DNA from: an uncultured Gemmatimonadales bacterium
Lineage (GTDB): Bacteria; Gemmatimonadota; Gemmatimonadetes; Gemmatimonadales; Gemmatimonadaceae
Reading direction: 5' to 3'
NCBI GenBank assembly: GCA_963793305.1
Contig: CAWBZV010000010.1
Span: forward strand, 96,001-160,000
Length of the DNA stretch: 64,000 nucleotides
The notes below the pieces were generated by a model. That model was given only the letters and a program-made list of their open reading frames with translations, did no database searches and was not told where the DNA came from. Positions within the stretch are counted from its first letter, which is position 1, and each line of letters starts with the position of its first letter. Positions 1 to 10,243 of the stretch are shown here, one piece after another. A program made the translations under genes and the position numbers.

Positions 1-2106
1 CCGAAGGTCAGGAGGTGACGGAAAGGCGGCGACTGGAGCACGAGGCACAGTTGCTCCTGCGGTTGGCGCTCGCCATTGGTCACACGGATTCGCTCGAGCT
101 CGCGATCGCCGCGGCACTCCGGACCATTTGCGAGGCATCAGGGTGGGCCATGGGGGAGGCCTGGCTCCCTGATGGCGAGGGCGAGGCGACGCGTCTCGTA
201 CGCGGCGGCCTGTGGACGGCACGAGATGCCAAGATCGAGTCGTTCGCCGCTCAAGGAACGGGCATCAGTTTCACGCGAGGAGATGGTCTCCCGGGTCAAG
301 CGTGGGTGCGCGCCCAGCCAATGTGGGAACGCCCATTGAGCGCCGCGCGGACGTTCACCCGGGCGCCGCTCGCCGCCGCCGCCGGACTCAGGGCCGCGGT
401 CGCAATCCCCGTGCTGTCGGGAGATGATGTGGTCGCCGTGCTCAGCTTTTATATGACGGATGCGCGGACCGACGATGCACGGCTGGCGCGCATCACGACC
501 GCGGTCGCGACGCAACTCGGTCCGCTGATCATCCAGAAACGCGCCGAGGAAACACACCGGTTGGCGGAAGCGAAGCTCGGCGGCATCGTGTCGATCGCGC
601 GTCGACGCGATCATCTCGATCGACGAGAACCGGCGCATCACGCTCTTCAACTGGGGTGCGGAGCAGATCTTCGGATACGCCGCGGACGAGGCACTCGGGC
701 AGTCACTCGACATGCTGCTGCCACCCGCCGCCCGCGAGCGCCACGCGTCGCACATCGCGCAGTTCGCGACGTCATCACAAACCGCGCGCCGGATGGGCGA
801 GCGGTCGCCGATCAACGGACAGCGGAAATCAGGCGAGATCTTTCCCTGCGAGGCGTCGATCTCGCGGTTCCGGGCCGGCGGACGCTGGACGTTCACGGTC
901 ACGTTGCGCGACATCACGGACCGGCGGCGGACAGAGGAGGGCCTGCGCTTCCTCTCCGAAGCGGGCGCTCTCCTGAGCGACCTCATTCGAGACCCCGGAG
1001 CCCTCGAGCGCGTAGCGCAACGAGCCGTCCCGACGCTCGGCGATGTGTGCGTGATCGATCTCGCCGATGACGCGAGCATTACCACCGTCGCGGTCGCCGC
1101 GACCGATCCGGGTCGGGCCGACGCGATGCGAGCGGAACGCGAACGCGCGCCGCTCACGCGGGGCTCGGATGATCCCGTGATCGACGCGTTGCGCGACGGC
1201 GCCACGCGCCTGGTGCAGGATCATGGCGTGTTCGGCTCGCTGCTCGTCGTCCCACTTGTCGCCCAACAGCGAACGCTCGGCGCCATGAGCTTCGCGATGC
1301 TGCGTGGCGGACGGCGGCATGACCCGTCCTACATCGCACTCGCCGAGCAGCTCGCGGCCCGCGTCGCATTGGCGGTCGATGCCGCTGCGTTGTATCAGCG
1401 CACCCGCCAAGCCGTTGGCGCTCGCGATGAAGTCCTGGCTGTCGTCTCGCACGATCTCCGGAACCCCCTCAGCGCGATCAACATGTGCGTCAGCGCCCTG
1501 CGCGAATCCCAGGCCGATCCGGAGACGACGCGCGAGCTGCTGGGCACCGTCCGTGACTCGGCGACGCTCATGTCACGGATCATTCAAGACTTGCTGGATG
1601 TCGCCAGCATCGACGCCGGCAAGTTGTCGATCGAGCGGCGGCTGCAGCCCATTGCGCCCGTGCTCGGTCACGCGACGGCGATGTTCGAGGCCATAGCGGC
1701 CGAGAATCAGATCACGCTGCGCGAGGACGAGGAGCCGTCGCTCCCCAATGTCGTGATCGATGCCGAACGCGTGCTCCAAGTGCTGGCCAACCTGCTGCAC
1801 AACGCTTGCAAGTTCACGCCGGCCGGCGGCACCGTCCGCGTGCGCGCCGTCACGGTCGCGGACGCGGTCCAGATCTCCGTCTCGGACACGGGGCCCGGGA
1901 TCCCGCACGAGGATCTGCCCCGCGTGTTCGATCGATTCTGGCACGCCCGGCGCGCGGCCAAAATCCGGTCGACGGGCCTCGGACTGGCCATCGCCCGAGG
2001 CATCGTCGAAGCCCACGGCGGCCGGATCTGGGTCGAGAGCAGACCCGGCCAGGGCAGCACCTTCACGTTCACGCTCCCGACCAGCGCGGCGCCCGTTACG
2101 GCGTGA
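1..2106 (+). CDS. Sensor histidine kinase (GAF-PAS-GAF-HisKA-HATPase); 5'-truncated by the window, apparent +1 frameshift near 600
   Basis: The frame is open from the window edge (EGQEVTERRRLE, a PAC end). ORF 15 encodes a GAF domain (GLPGQAW). After ~600 the frame of ORF 712 gives DAIISIDENRRITLFNWGAEQIFGY (PAS), VSHDLRNPL (H-box), NLLHNACKF, DTGPGI and GLGLAI. Confidence 0.9.
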
Positions 2107-3334
2107 ACATGACGAGGGTCGAACTGGCGCCGCTCTGCACGTGCAGCGTCGCATCCCGACCGCTCCGCGCCGTGGACAAGCCGAGGGAATCCACGTGCCC
2201 GATCGCCCGCGTCAGGTGCCGCCGGGCCTCCGTCCCGTCGCTGAACATGAGATCGACGCGACCGTCGTGGTGATCGTACACGGCGCCACGAAACACCAGC
2301 CCGGCGCCCTGCATCTGCGCGCCGAACGCGGGATCATCGACCTCGATCATGGCCCGCCGGCCCGAGTTCCGCGCCGTGACGCCGTCGAGGAGTGCCGCCC
2401 ACAGCGCGCGCTCCGGCGCGGCCAGCCCGCCCATCGCACGCTCCAGCCGAAGCGCGCCAGCCGGCGTGAGCGGTGGACACACGAGGACCGTCGCGGGACA
2501 TCCGTGCAGCACGCTCGTTGCCGTGCTGCCGACGAACAGTCGCTGCAGGACGCCCGGCCCGTGTGTGCCGACCGCGACGAGATCGGCGCCGATCGTGCTC
2601 GCGCACTCGAGAATGCGGTCCACGACCGCGCCCGCGGCGACCTTCGATTCGATCGTGACATCGGCCGGTCGCTCGGCCTCCAACATGGTGCGCAAGCGCT
2701 CGAACGCCGCTTCCATCGCGTCAACGCTTTCGAATTCGGGGAGAGGCCGAACGTGGAACAGCGTCAGCGTGCCTCCGGGCTCGAGCAGTTGGAGCGCGAT
2801 CTCCGCTGCGCGAACGCTGGCCGGCCCGAAGTCGACCGCGACGAGGGCGCGACGGACCAGTCCTTTCCACGCCGGCGCCACCGACAAGACGGGTGCGTGC
2901 GCCACATGGAGCACCTGAGCGGCGCGACCCGATCGATGACGCGGCGTCGCCGCGAGCACGATCAGGCTCGCCGCATGCGCGTCGGCCGCCGAGGCGATCT
3001 CGCGCGCGGTCGAACCATATCGGACCTCGAGCGACCAGTCCGCGGATCGCAGCCCAACGCCCCCGAGCGCACGACGCACGTCGGCCTCGCGCACGCGTCG
3101 GCGCTCCTCCTCCAGCAGCGTCGGCATCGGCACATCACCCGCGCCATAGATCGGATACGTCTCCAGGACGGTCGCGACGATGAGCGGTGCGTGAAACCGC
3201 GCGATGAGCGCTCGCGCCGCATCGATCGATGCATCGGTTGCGTCATGACCATCCGTCGCGAGCACGATCGGCCCCGAGAACACACGCCGTTCGGCCGCCT
3301 CGGCGTCGAGTTGTTCCCTCACGATTGTTGACAT
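2096..3334 (-). CDS. Tandem-USP protein with C-terminal DUF5335-like domain
   Basis: GPIVLATDG, ALVAVDFGPAS and ADLVAVGTHG...LFVGSTA motifs. The C-terminus is IEVDDPAFGAQ...GAVYDHHDGRVDLM. ATG at 3334 follows GGAGG. Confidence 0.85.
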   Translation of the reverse strand: MSTIVREQLDAEAAERRVFSGPIVLATDGHDATDASIDAARALIARFHAPLIVATVLETYPIYGAGDVPMPTLLEEERRRVREADVRRALGGVGLRSADWSLEVRYGSTAREIASAADAHAASLIVLAATPRHRSGRAAQVLHVAHAPVLSVAPAWKGLVRRALVAVDFGPASVRAAEIALQLLEPGGTLTLFHVRPLPEFESVDAMEAAFERLRTMLEAERPADVTIESKVAAGAVVDRILECASTIGADLVAVGTHGPGVLQRLFVGSTATSVLHGCPATVLVCPPLTPAGALRLERAMGGLAAPERALWAALLDGVTARNSGRRAMIEVDDPAFGAQMQGAGLVFRGAVYDHHDGRVDLMFSDGTEARRHLTRAIGHVDSLGLSTARSGRDATLHVQSGASSTLVMFTP

Positions 3335-3345
3335 CGATCCTCCCA

Positions 3346-4818
3346 TCAGACGGGTTCGGGAATCAGATATTGCCAGAGGCCAAGCGCGCGGAGTTGCGGC
3401 GCCTTCTTATGGACGTGCCCGTGCATCCGGGTCAGGACATCGTCGAGCAACGCGATCGCCTCGCCGACATACGGTCCCTTGTTCAGCATGACACACTCTG
3501 CCCGCGCGGACATGGCCGCATCGGTCACCTCGGCGCGCGACGGCGTTCCGCGCTTGACGAACCGCTCGAGCACCTGCGTCGCCCAGATGACCGGCACGTG
3601 CGCGGCCTCGCACACCCACAGGATCTCTTCCTGGATCTCGGCCAGTCGCTCATAGCCGATCTCGACGGCGAGGTCGCCACGGGCGATCATCACGCCCAGT
3701 GGCTGTCGCGACGCGGCCGCCGCGATGATCCCGGGCAGCTCATGCAGCGCGGCGCGCGCCTCGAGCTTGACGATGAGTGGCGGGAGGGGTGCGCCGGATG
3801 GGAGTCGAGATGTGAGCTCGCGTTGGAGGATGGCGATGTCGCTCGGGCTTTCGACGAACGAGTACCCGATGATGTCGGCGAAGCCCAGCACCGCGTCGAG
3901 ATCGGCGAGATCCTTGTCCGTGAGCGGTGCGAGCCCCAGCGATACGCCGGGCACGTTGATGCCCTGATCGGCGAGGATATGCTCGCCCTTCGCGCGCGTG
4001 TCGGTGACCCGGACGACCGCACCTTCGGGAGACACGGCGTGGATCACACCGCCCAGCTTCCCATCATTGATCCAGATCGTTGTGCCGACGACGAGCTTGT
4101 CGAGCACATCGGGGACGACAGCCTCGTGTCGCAGGAGAAAGGTCTGGCCTGGGAGGAAGCGATTCCCGCCCTCCGGCGTGATCGCCTTGGCCAGGCGGAG
4201 CTTGCGTCCCGCCAGATCGACGAGCACGCGACAGGCACGGAACTCGCACCTCGCGGCACGCCGGACGTTGGCGGCCATAGCCGACCAGACCTCGGCGTCA
4301 TCATGCGCGCAATTGATGCGCGCGCAATCCATGCCGGCGCGCACCAGATCGACGGCCACTTCCTCGTCGGTCGCGGCCTCGGGCGGCAGCGTGACCATGA
4401 TGCGCACCGAGCGCTCCGGCGGCATGGGGCCGAAGAGCTCCTCGGTGTTGCGCATCAAACGCCGTGGGCCGCGCTCGAACAGATGGCGATGCGGCCGCAC
4501 GACCCCGTCGGGGGCCACACCGGCGATCGCGCCGAGCGTTGCCGCGACGGCATCGAGCGTCGGCATGACGTGGGACTCGCTGTGGCCGAGGGTCGACACA
4601 CCGAGCGGCGCCAACGCCGCTTGCAGCACCCGCAGATCGTGACCGCGAAGGGCGAGATACGTGGCGAGGTTGCTCGCACTGACGGCGAAGGCGCGCCGGC
4701 AACCGTCGGTGGTCAGCATCGCGTGGATCGCGCGCGCCTCATCCGCCACGGTGTGGCGCATGTCGAGAAACGCCGCGAGGATCTCGTCAGGAGTGTCCAG
4801 TTGCTGTGTCATGGTCAC
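3346..4818 (-). CDS. pyk: Pyruvate kinase, atypical (N-terminal extension, no C-terminal allosteric domain)
   Basis: GMDCARINCAHD, IVKLE, VMIARGDLAVE, WATQVLE, PSRAEVTDA and CVMLN motifs. Confidence 0.88.
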   Translation of the reverse strand: MTMTQQLDTPDEILAAFLDMRHTVADEARAIHAMLTTDGCRRAFAVSASNLATYLALRGHDLRVLQAALAPLGVSTLGHSESHVMPTLDAVAATLGAIAGVAPDGVVRPHRHLFERGPRRLMRNTEELFGPMPPERSVRIMVTLPPEAATDEEVAVDLVRAGMDCARINCAHDDAEVWSAMAANVRRAARCEFRACRVLVDLAGRKLRLAKAITPEGGNRFLPGQTFLLRHEAVVPDVLDKLVVGTTIWINDGKLGGVIHAVSPEGAVVRVTDTRAKGEHILADQGINVPGVSLGLAPLTDKDLADLDAVLGFADIIGYSFVESPSDIAILQRELTSRLPSGAPLPPLIVKLEARAALHELPGIIAAAASRQPLGVMIARGDLAVEIGYERLAEIQEEILWVCEAAHVPVIWATQVLERFVKRGTPSRAEVTDAAMSARAECVMLNKGPYVGEAIALLDDVLTRMHGHVHKKAPQLRALGLWQYLIPEPV

Positions 4819-5791
4819 GCTTCACGGTTTGGCGAATGGTGGACAGCACGCGCCGCAGGTACCGGCGCATACCGCGCGACAGCAGGAACGCATGCCAACC
4901 GAACCAGGGCTGCGCCTCCCAACTGGTCGGCTGGATGCGCGACTCGGCCCGAACGACCGTGCCGCGCTCGCCGGCGTCGTCGAACCAGATATCGGTGACG
5001 ATTTTCTCGTGTCCCGGCTCGTGGAACGCGAGGAACGCCGCTTCGTCACGCATCGGAGACAGACTGAACCGCCCTTTCTCGAACTGGCCGACGAATTCAC
5101 GCGTCACCTCGTGTGGCGCGGCGCCGATCTCGTCGGGCGTGGCGTCAACGGTCACGCGCTCCATGACCCGGCTCCCGAATCTCGGCATGAGCCGATCGAG
5201 GGTCCGACTCGGCAAGGAGAGCGCGCTGGAACGGAATTGGCTCGCCGCGGCATTCTGGAAGAGGTGGTCGGCGAACAGCTCGACGGTCTCCCACGACGTG
5301 AGATCGTGATCACGCGCGGTGTCGGTCGAATAGTGGTAGTGTGCCGCGATGCGTCGGAGGATCCACCGGGTTAATGGATCGTATTGCCGATAGCTCAGCG
5401 CCCCGCCGAAGCTCGCGATCCAGTCCGGTGTCCAATCGATGTCACTCAACAGCTCGCGGAGCGGCCCCAGCGACTCGATGTATGCCTCGTGCGTCCCGAG
5501 GGCCGCCGTGAGGCACACGGAGTAGAACCCGGTCGACGGATGCCGGCGGAGATCCGTCAGATGTGCGCGGATGAACCGCGTCACCGCCGACGGATAGCGC
5601 TGAATGTAGAGCGGCGCGCCGATCAGTACGGTGTCGAACTCGTGGAGACCCGGGCGGGTTCGCGGATCGCCCTCGAGATCGGTGATGGTGACGTCGCACC
5701 CGTAGTTGGCAAGGCGCTGACCGATGTGCTCGGCGATCGCGCGGGTCTGGCCGTGGTGGGACGCGAAGTAGAGACCAATGCGATGTGGCAT
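4787..5791 (-). CDS. HemG-like flavodoxin (protoporphyrinogen oxidase family) fused to an extra C-terminal domain
   Basis: FASHHGQTRAIA FMN loop, VLIGAPLY, FYSVCL, FGGALSYRQY and DTARDHDLTSW, followed by ~150 extra aa. Start chosen at the MPHR ATG. Confidence 0.72.
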   Translation of the reverse strand: MPHRIGLYFASHHGQTRAIAEHIGQRLANYGCDVTITDLEGDPRTRPGLHEFDTVLIGAPLYIQRYPSAVTRFIRAHLTDLRRHPSTGFYSVCLTAALGTHEAYIESLGPLRELLSDIDWTPDWIASFGGALSYRQYDPLTRWILRRIAAHYHYSTDTARDHDLTSWETVELFADHLFQNAAASQFRSSALSLPSRTLDRLMPRFGSRVMERVTVDATPDEIGAAPHEVTREFVGQFEKGRFSLSPMRDEAAFLAFHEPGHEKIVTDIWFDDAGERGTVVRAESRIQPTSWEAQPWFGWHAFLLSRGMRRYLRRVLSTIRQTVKRDHDTATGHS

Positions 5792-5823
5792 GGCGCAGTA
5801 TCGTCCGAGGCCAACGCGCAGGG

Positions 5824-5864
5824 AGCCGGGGGACACCTGACAAAGCGCACGGGAAACGCCGACT
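5824..5864. promoter_or_regulatory. Tandem island operator boxes (hemG-like / hsp20 divergent region)
   Basis: AGCCGG-GGGACAC-CTGACA at 5824 and weaker CGCACG-GGAAACG-CCGACT at 5846 (+22); TGTCAG half-site at 5869. Confidence 0.6.
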
Positions 5865-5917
5865 GTGGTGTCAGTCGCTGTGAGTTACTGTCCAGTCGTA
5901 ACTCAACTGGAGGTTGT

Positions 5918-6376
5918 ATGTTTACCACCACTCTGCAACGCCGGTTCTTCCCACGCGAAGCCGACGCACTCTCGACGCCATTTGGGCGGCTGTTTCCAAG
6001 GGCGCTGACGTTCGAGCCAGAGCTCGTGACCTATCCCGCGGCCGAGGTCGTAGATGCGGAGAAGGAGTTCATCGTGACCCTCGAGGTTCCGGGACTCGTG
6101 AAGGACGACGTCACGATCAATTTCGAGGACGGTGTCCTCTCGATCGCTGGTGAGAAGAAGGAAGAGGCGAAGGACGAGAACCAGAAGTACTATGTGTTCG
6201 AGCGGTCGTACGGCGCTTTCCAGCGCGCGTTCACGTTCGCCACGCCGGTCGATGTCGAGAAGATCGTGGCGACGATGAAGCACGGCGTGCTGACGCTCCA
6301 CCTGCCGAAAATCACGGCCCAGAAGGAGCTCGGGAAGAAGATCCTGATCAGCGAGACGCCCGCAGTCAAAGCGTAA
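5918..6376 (+). CDS. Hsp20/alpha-crystallin small heat shock protein
   Basis: GGAGG RBS before ATG 5918; LEVPGL, GVLSIAGEK, ERSYGAFQRAF and GVLTLHLPK. Confidence 0.93.
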   Translation: MFTTTLQRRFFPREADALSTPFGRLFPRALTFEPELVTYPAAEVVDAEKEFIVTLEVPGLVKDDVTINFEDGVLSIAGEKKEEAKDENQKYYVFERSYGAFQRAFTFATPVDVEKIVATMKHGVLTLHLPKITAQKELGKKILISETPAVKA

Positions 6377-6389
6377 GCTCTACTTACCC

Positions 6390-6422
6390 GCGCGCGGAGC
6401 AGGATCGACTTGCCCCGCGCGC
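6390..6422. terminator. GC-rich hairpin between the convergent hsp20 and USP genes
   Basis: GCGCGCGGAGCAGG-ATCGA-CTTGCCCCGCGCGC, an imperfect inverted repeat with no U-tract. Confidence 0.45.
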
Positions 6423-6482
6423 CCTTGGCGTCGCTGCTGGCGATCGCCGATCGCCAAGGCTGAACGACTCGTCATCGCATCG

Positions 6483-7352
6483 TTAGTCGCGGCGTGCCGG
6501 TGCCACTATAACCATGCACCGCTCAGCGTGCAGGAGCTCTGCCGCAACCGTCCCTCTGCCGTGCTTCCCGACACCCATCAGGTCGGCGTCCATGCGTTTG
6601 GCGTATGCGATCACCTCTTCCGCCGGACTCCCGGAGCGGCGAGCGGTCTTGATCTCAATACCCGGCGGCACCTCGAGCTGATCGATCATCGACGAGAACA
6701 GATCGCTGACCGCATCGCGATACGATAGGCCCTCGTCCCGACCGGTGAGCAGCGGGTCGAACGCGGGCGCGACGTGAAGGAGTGTCAGTACGCCGGGCAC
6801 CGCAAGACAGTCGAGCGCCGCCTGCGCCGCGGCGAGACTGGCCTGGCCGAAGTCCGTGCCGACCACCGCGTTCCGAGGCAACGTCGTGACCCACTCCGGG
6901 ACGGCGATCACCGGCACCGTCGAGCGCGCGGCAATGTGCAGCGAGGTCTCCTCGCCCAGGACACGCTCGATGGTATGATGTTGTCCGATGCCGATCACGA
7001 CCGCGGCCACCTTGTCGTGATCCGCGCCGGCGGCGAGGGCATCGGGGACGTGCCCACCAACGACTTCGACGGGCCATTCGTACTCGCGCCCCAGGACGCT
7101 CTGGATGCGGCGGCCGACATCCTCTCTCGCGCGCGCGACGCGGTTCGTCGCCCGCTCATCGGGATAGAGATCCATGCCAGCGAGATAGAGCGGGAGCGGC
7201 TCGAGCACCGTCGTCACATGGATGTCGTTCCCATGCCGACGGCTCAGCGCCTCGGCAACGCGGATGGCGCCCGCCGCATCCGCACGGCCGTCGAGCGCCA
7301 GCAGCACCGGCGCGCCAGCCCGTTCAGTAGTCGAGAGTCGTGTCGCAGTCAT
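6483..7352 (-). CDS. Universal stress protein (tandem USP)
   Basis: PVLLALDG, VVGTDFG and ADLMGVGKHGRG. Confidence 0.88.
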   Translation of the reverse strand: MTATRLSTTERAGAPVLLALDGRADAAGAIRVAEALSRRHGNDIHVTTVLEPLPLYLAGMDLYPDERATNRVARAREDVGRRIQSVLGREYEWPVEVVGGHVPDALAAGADHDKVAAVVIGIGQHHTIERVLGEETSLHIAARSTVPVIAVPEWVTTLPRNAVVGTDFGQASLAAAQAALDCLAVPGVLTLLHVAPAFDPLLTGRDEGLSYRDAVSDLFSSMIDQLEVPPGIEIKTARRSGSPAEEVIAYAKRMDADLMGVGKHGRGTVAAELLHAERCMVIVAPARRD

Positions 7353-7410
7353 CGGTCCATCCTCGGAGTGAGTGAGTACCCACAGGATGGCGCGTGGGGC
7401 GCGATGGGTC

Positions 7411-7473
7411 TGTCAGGGGCCCTAAGCGAATGCGTAGGGGATACTCGGACGCAAACGTGGCAACCCCCTGACG
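7411..7473. promoter_or_regulatory. Triple operator array at 22-bp period (USP / BON-USP divergent region)
   Basis: TGTCAG-GGGCCCT-AAGCGA (7411), CGTAGG-GGATACT-CGGACG (7433) and ACGTGG-CAACCCC-CTGACG (7455). Confidence 0.65.
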
Positions 7474-7507
7474 TTGTGCGGCGCGACGACGGCCGACATT
7501 CAAACCC

Positions 7508-7744
7508 ATGCGATCCGACATTGCACTCCACGCCGCCGTCCGCACAGCCCTGCGAGGGGTACTCGGCCCCGCATCGATGCGGGTCGGCGTCACGGTGGTC
7601 GACGGAAGCGTGACCCTGAGTGGTGATGTGGACGCGTCCGATGAGCGGATCAATGCCGCCTGCGCCGTCCGGCGCATCGCCGATGTGCGGGCTCTGGCCG
7701 ACGGCATTCATGTCACACACCCGACATATGCGCACCCCAACTGA
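7508..7744 (+). CDS. Single BON-domain protein
   Basis: MRSDIALHAAV...VGVTVVDGSVTLSGDV...AVRRIADVRAL. Confidence 0.75.
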   Translation: MRSDIALHAAVRTALRGVLGPASMRVGVTVVDGSVTLSGDVDASDERINAACAVRRIADVRALADGIHVTHPTYAHPN

Positions 7745-8570
7745 TGGCGGCGTCCTCGTGGCGTCGCATTATGGCGATGGATCGGACGCGGCCGCGCGGC
7801 TCGCCTCGGCCTTCGCCGCCCGGCGACACGTCCCGATCGAAGCGCTGGCGGTCGTCGAGCCGATCGCGCCCGATCTCGCCGCGTACTCGCCGAATTTCGT
7901 GGCGCTGGAGGCCGAGCGGAATCGCTGGTTGTACGCATCCGCGCCCCACGATCTCCCCGTGGTCATTCAAGAGGGGCGTCCAGCGGAACGTATCGCCGCG
8001 CGCGCCAAGGCGATTGGCGCGACCCTCATCGCGATGGGGATCGGACACCACGACGTCGTGAATCGATTGTTGGGCGTCGAAACAGCAATCGCCGTGCTGC
8101 ATCGCGCGTCGGTGCCAGTGCTGGCCGCGCAACCGAGAGCGATGGCCCCGATGCGGTCGATCGTGATCGCTACCGACTTCAGCCCGGCCGCGCAACACGC
8201 CGCGCAGCTCGCCATGACGCTCGCGTCGGACGATGTGGCGCTGCACGTCGTGCACGTGTGGCCGTGGATGGACCTCGGTGGGTCCAACGCCCCAGTCTGG
8301 CGCCACGTCTATCGGGCCGGGGTACAGGCGAAATTCGACCAGTTGATTCGATCCCTGGATCTGCCGCCCAACGCCTCGATCTCGCTACACCTGGAGCGTG
8401 GAGCGGCCCAGCGGGTGATTCGCTCGATCGCGACGACGCATCACGCGGATCTCATCGCGCTGGGCAGCCATGGGAAAGGGTTCGTCGATCGCCTGATGCT
8501 GGGGAGCGTGGCGGAGGCAGTGCTCCGCCAGGCCGACTGCTCCGTCTTGATCGCACCCCCCGCCGCGTAA
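7710..8570 (+). CDS. Universal stress protein (tandem USP)
   Basis: SIVIATDFSPAA and ADLIALGSHGKGFVDRLMLGSVAEAVLR. Start is 7710 or 7728. Confidence 0.9.
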   Translation: MSHTRHMRTPTDGGVLVASHYGDGSDAAARLASAFAARRHVPIEALAVVEPIAPDLAAYSPNFVALEAERNRWLYASAPHDLPVVIQEGRPAERIAARAKAIGATLIAMGIGHHDVVNRLLGVETAIAVLHRASVPVLAAQPRAMAPMRSIVIATDFSPAAQHAAQLAMTLASDDVALHVVHVWPWMDLGGSNAPVWRHVYRAGVQAKFDQLIRSLDLPPNASISLHLERGAAQRVIRSIATTHHADLIALGSHGKGFVDRLMLGSVAEAVLRQADCSVLIAPPAA

Positions 8571-8589
8571 GGGCTTCGCGGCGCCACGT

Positions 8590-9123
8590 TCAGCGGACGC
8601 TGACGCCGATCTGGACCGGAATCAGTTGGAGCACCGTGCCACTGTGCACGAGTCCCATGTATTGAATCGCCAGCACTCCACCCACGCGACCACCGTACCG
8701 GAGACCGGTTCCCGCCAGCATAGCGACGCCGAAATGGGACGCGTTCGGCAGAATGCGCGTGTCCACGGCCGAACCGGTGGCCCAGGATTGACCCAGGCCG
8801 AGGGCCACGTACGTCTCGAGCTTCGACGCGATCGGGACGACGCGCGTGACCGTGATGGCGGTAACGGAGATCGACGCGTGCTGGTCGCCGGCGGTCGAGA
8901 ACGTCGTATACGACTGGCCGATCTCGAAGGACGTCCGCGATCGACCGCTGTGAAACGCGAGCCCGACATATACGGTCGGCGCGACCCGCGTCTCAGCGGC
9001 CAAGGGCCCCGCGGGCGCCGCGACACCGGCCGTGGCGACGAACAACGGATGGATCCCAGTCGAATCCTGGGCCCGAACGCTGGCCGCCACGAGGAGGCCG
9101 AGTGCCATGAGTGCATATCTCAT
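8590..9123 (-). CDS. Secreted, probable outer-membrane beta-barrel protein
   Basis: Signal peptide MRYALMALGLLVAASVRAQ, alternating beta-strand pattern and C-terminal IPVQIGVSVR. Confidence 0.6.
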   Translation of the reverse strand: MRYALMALGLLVAASVRAQDSTGIHPLFVATAGVAAPAGPLAAETRVAPTVYVGLAFHSGRSRTSFEIGQSYTTFSTAGDQHASISVTAITVTRVVPIASKLETYVALGLGQSWATGSAVDTRILPNASHFGVAMLAGTGLRYGGRVGGVLAIQYMGLVHSGTVLQLIPVQIGVSVR

Positions 9124-9156
9124 GGTTCCAACTTGTGTTGGGGCCGCTGCGGCTAG

Positions 9157-9197
9157 AGCCGGCGATCCCCCGACACGACGTGCGGCAATACCCGACG
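9157..9197. promoter_or_regulatory. Tandem operator boxes upstream of a BON gene
   Basis: AGCCGG-CGATCCC-CCGACA (9157) and CGTGCG-GCAATAC-CCGACG (9179, +22). Confidence 0.6.
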
Positions 9198-9251
9198 CCA
9201 TCAGGTTGCGGCGCGCGTCATCCTCAAGACACGTCTCTAGAGGAGGTTCCG

Positions 9252-9728
9252 ATGTCGCGCGATCGCCAGTTGCATGAGCAAGTCCTCGTCGCCGTGTGCC
9301 GCGTGCTCGGACCCGGCATCGCCAGTGTGAACACGCAAGTCGACAATGGCATTGTCCAGGTGAGTGGCGTCGTCGATACGCCCAACGAGCGCACCGCGGT
9401 CGAGCGGGCCATCTGGAGCGTGCCCGACGTGCGGGCGATCACCCAGCGCCTGCGGTCGCGTCGATCGTATCCGGAGGGGCCGACCGATCGGACGCTCGCC
9501 AGCGACGTGTTGGCGTTGCTCGCGCGCGAGGGCTACCAAGGGCTCCGCGTCCAAGTCGAGGAGGGCAAGGTGACGGTGCTCGGGCGGGTGGGCTTTGGGA
9601 CTGAGCGCGCGGCTCTCAGCGCGGCCGTCGCTACCGTGCCGGGTGTGCGGGGCGTATGGTTGGATGATGCCATGGAAGCCCCAGTGTCACCATCGCTCGC
9701 GTCGCGTATTCGCTCAATCTGGAGTTAG
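9252..9728 (+). CDS. Two-BON-domain protein
   Basis: AGGAGG RBS; VDNGIVQVSGVV...VPDVRAI and VEEGKVTVLGRV...VPGVRGV. Paralog of 39206..39676. Confidence 0.85.
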   Translation: MSRDRQLHEQVLVAVCRVLGPGIASVNTQVDNGIVQVSGVVDTPNERTAVERAIWSVPDVRAITQRLRSRRSYPEGPTDRTLASDVLALLAREGYQGLRVQVEEGKVTVLGRVGFGTERAALSAAVATVPGVRGVWLDDAMEAPVSPSLASRIRSIWS

Positions 9729-10143
9729 GCGAGCGCTGACGCTGGCCGCACTCGTGATCGGTTGTGGCCACGCGTATACGCCGAGAACGCGCGAGTTCAC
9801 GATCACGACCGTGCCGCTGCTTGTCACAGAGCTCGCGCCGACTTACCCGTTTCTGGCCAAGGACTTCGCGAAAGGCGGCGTCCTCGACGGGAAGGAAGTG
9901 TACGCGTTCGAGCCGAGCACGCTCACGGTCTACGCAGGCGACACGCTGGCGCTGACGTTCATCAACCCCGAGGACGACGCGCACTCGTTCGTCCTGAGCG
10001 ATTTTGCCCTGAGCTTGCCGGGCCAATCGGTTACCCATGCGACCTACGTTGCGAAAGAGCCGGGGCTGTACCCGTTTCGGTGCGCGATTCCGTCGCACCT
10101 GCCGTCGATGGTTGGCGAACTCGTCGTGCTCTCCGTCCGGTAA
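9664..10143 (+). CDS. Cupredoxin-domain (type 1 Cu) lipoprotein; start uncertain
   Basis: Lipobox-like RRALTLAALVIGC, FEPSTLTVYAGD, HSF and C-terminal YPFRCAIPSHLPSMVG (C-H-M ligands). Confidence 0.78.
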   Translation: MMPWKPQCHHRSRRVFAQSGVRRALTLAALVIGCGHAYTPRTREFTITTVPLLVTELAPTYPFLAKDFAKGGVLDGKEVYAFEPSTLTVYAGDTLALTFINPEDDAHSFVLSDFALSLPGQSVTHATYVAKEPGLYPFRCAIPSHLPSMVGELVVLSVR

Positions 10144-10174
10144 TCCCTCACAGAATTCAAGGCTTCGCCCGACT
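10134..10174. promoter_or_regulatory. Tandem operator boxes upstream of the USP-USP-ppsA-pfkA operon
   Basis: CGTCCG-GTAATCC-CTCACA (10134) and TTCAAG-GCTTCGC-CCGACT (10156, +22). Confidence 0.5.
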
Positions 10175-10243
10175 CTAGCTCCTCGTCGCGTCGCGCACCT
10201 TGCAGTCGACGCTCGATCAATCCCTTCTGACGAGGATATCGCG

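Noticed and set aside
1760..4998. Long + strand ORFs (523 and 589 aa)
   Set aside because: Antisense shadows of USP and pyk, typical of high-GC DNA. The same applies to 12312..13736, 50433..51644 and 54682..56010.
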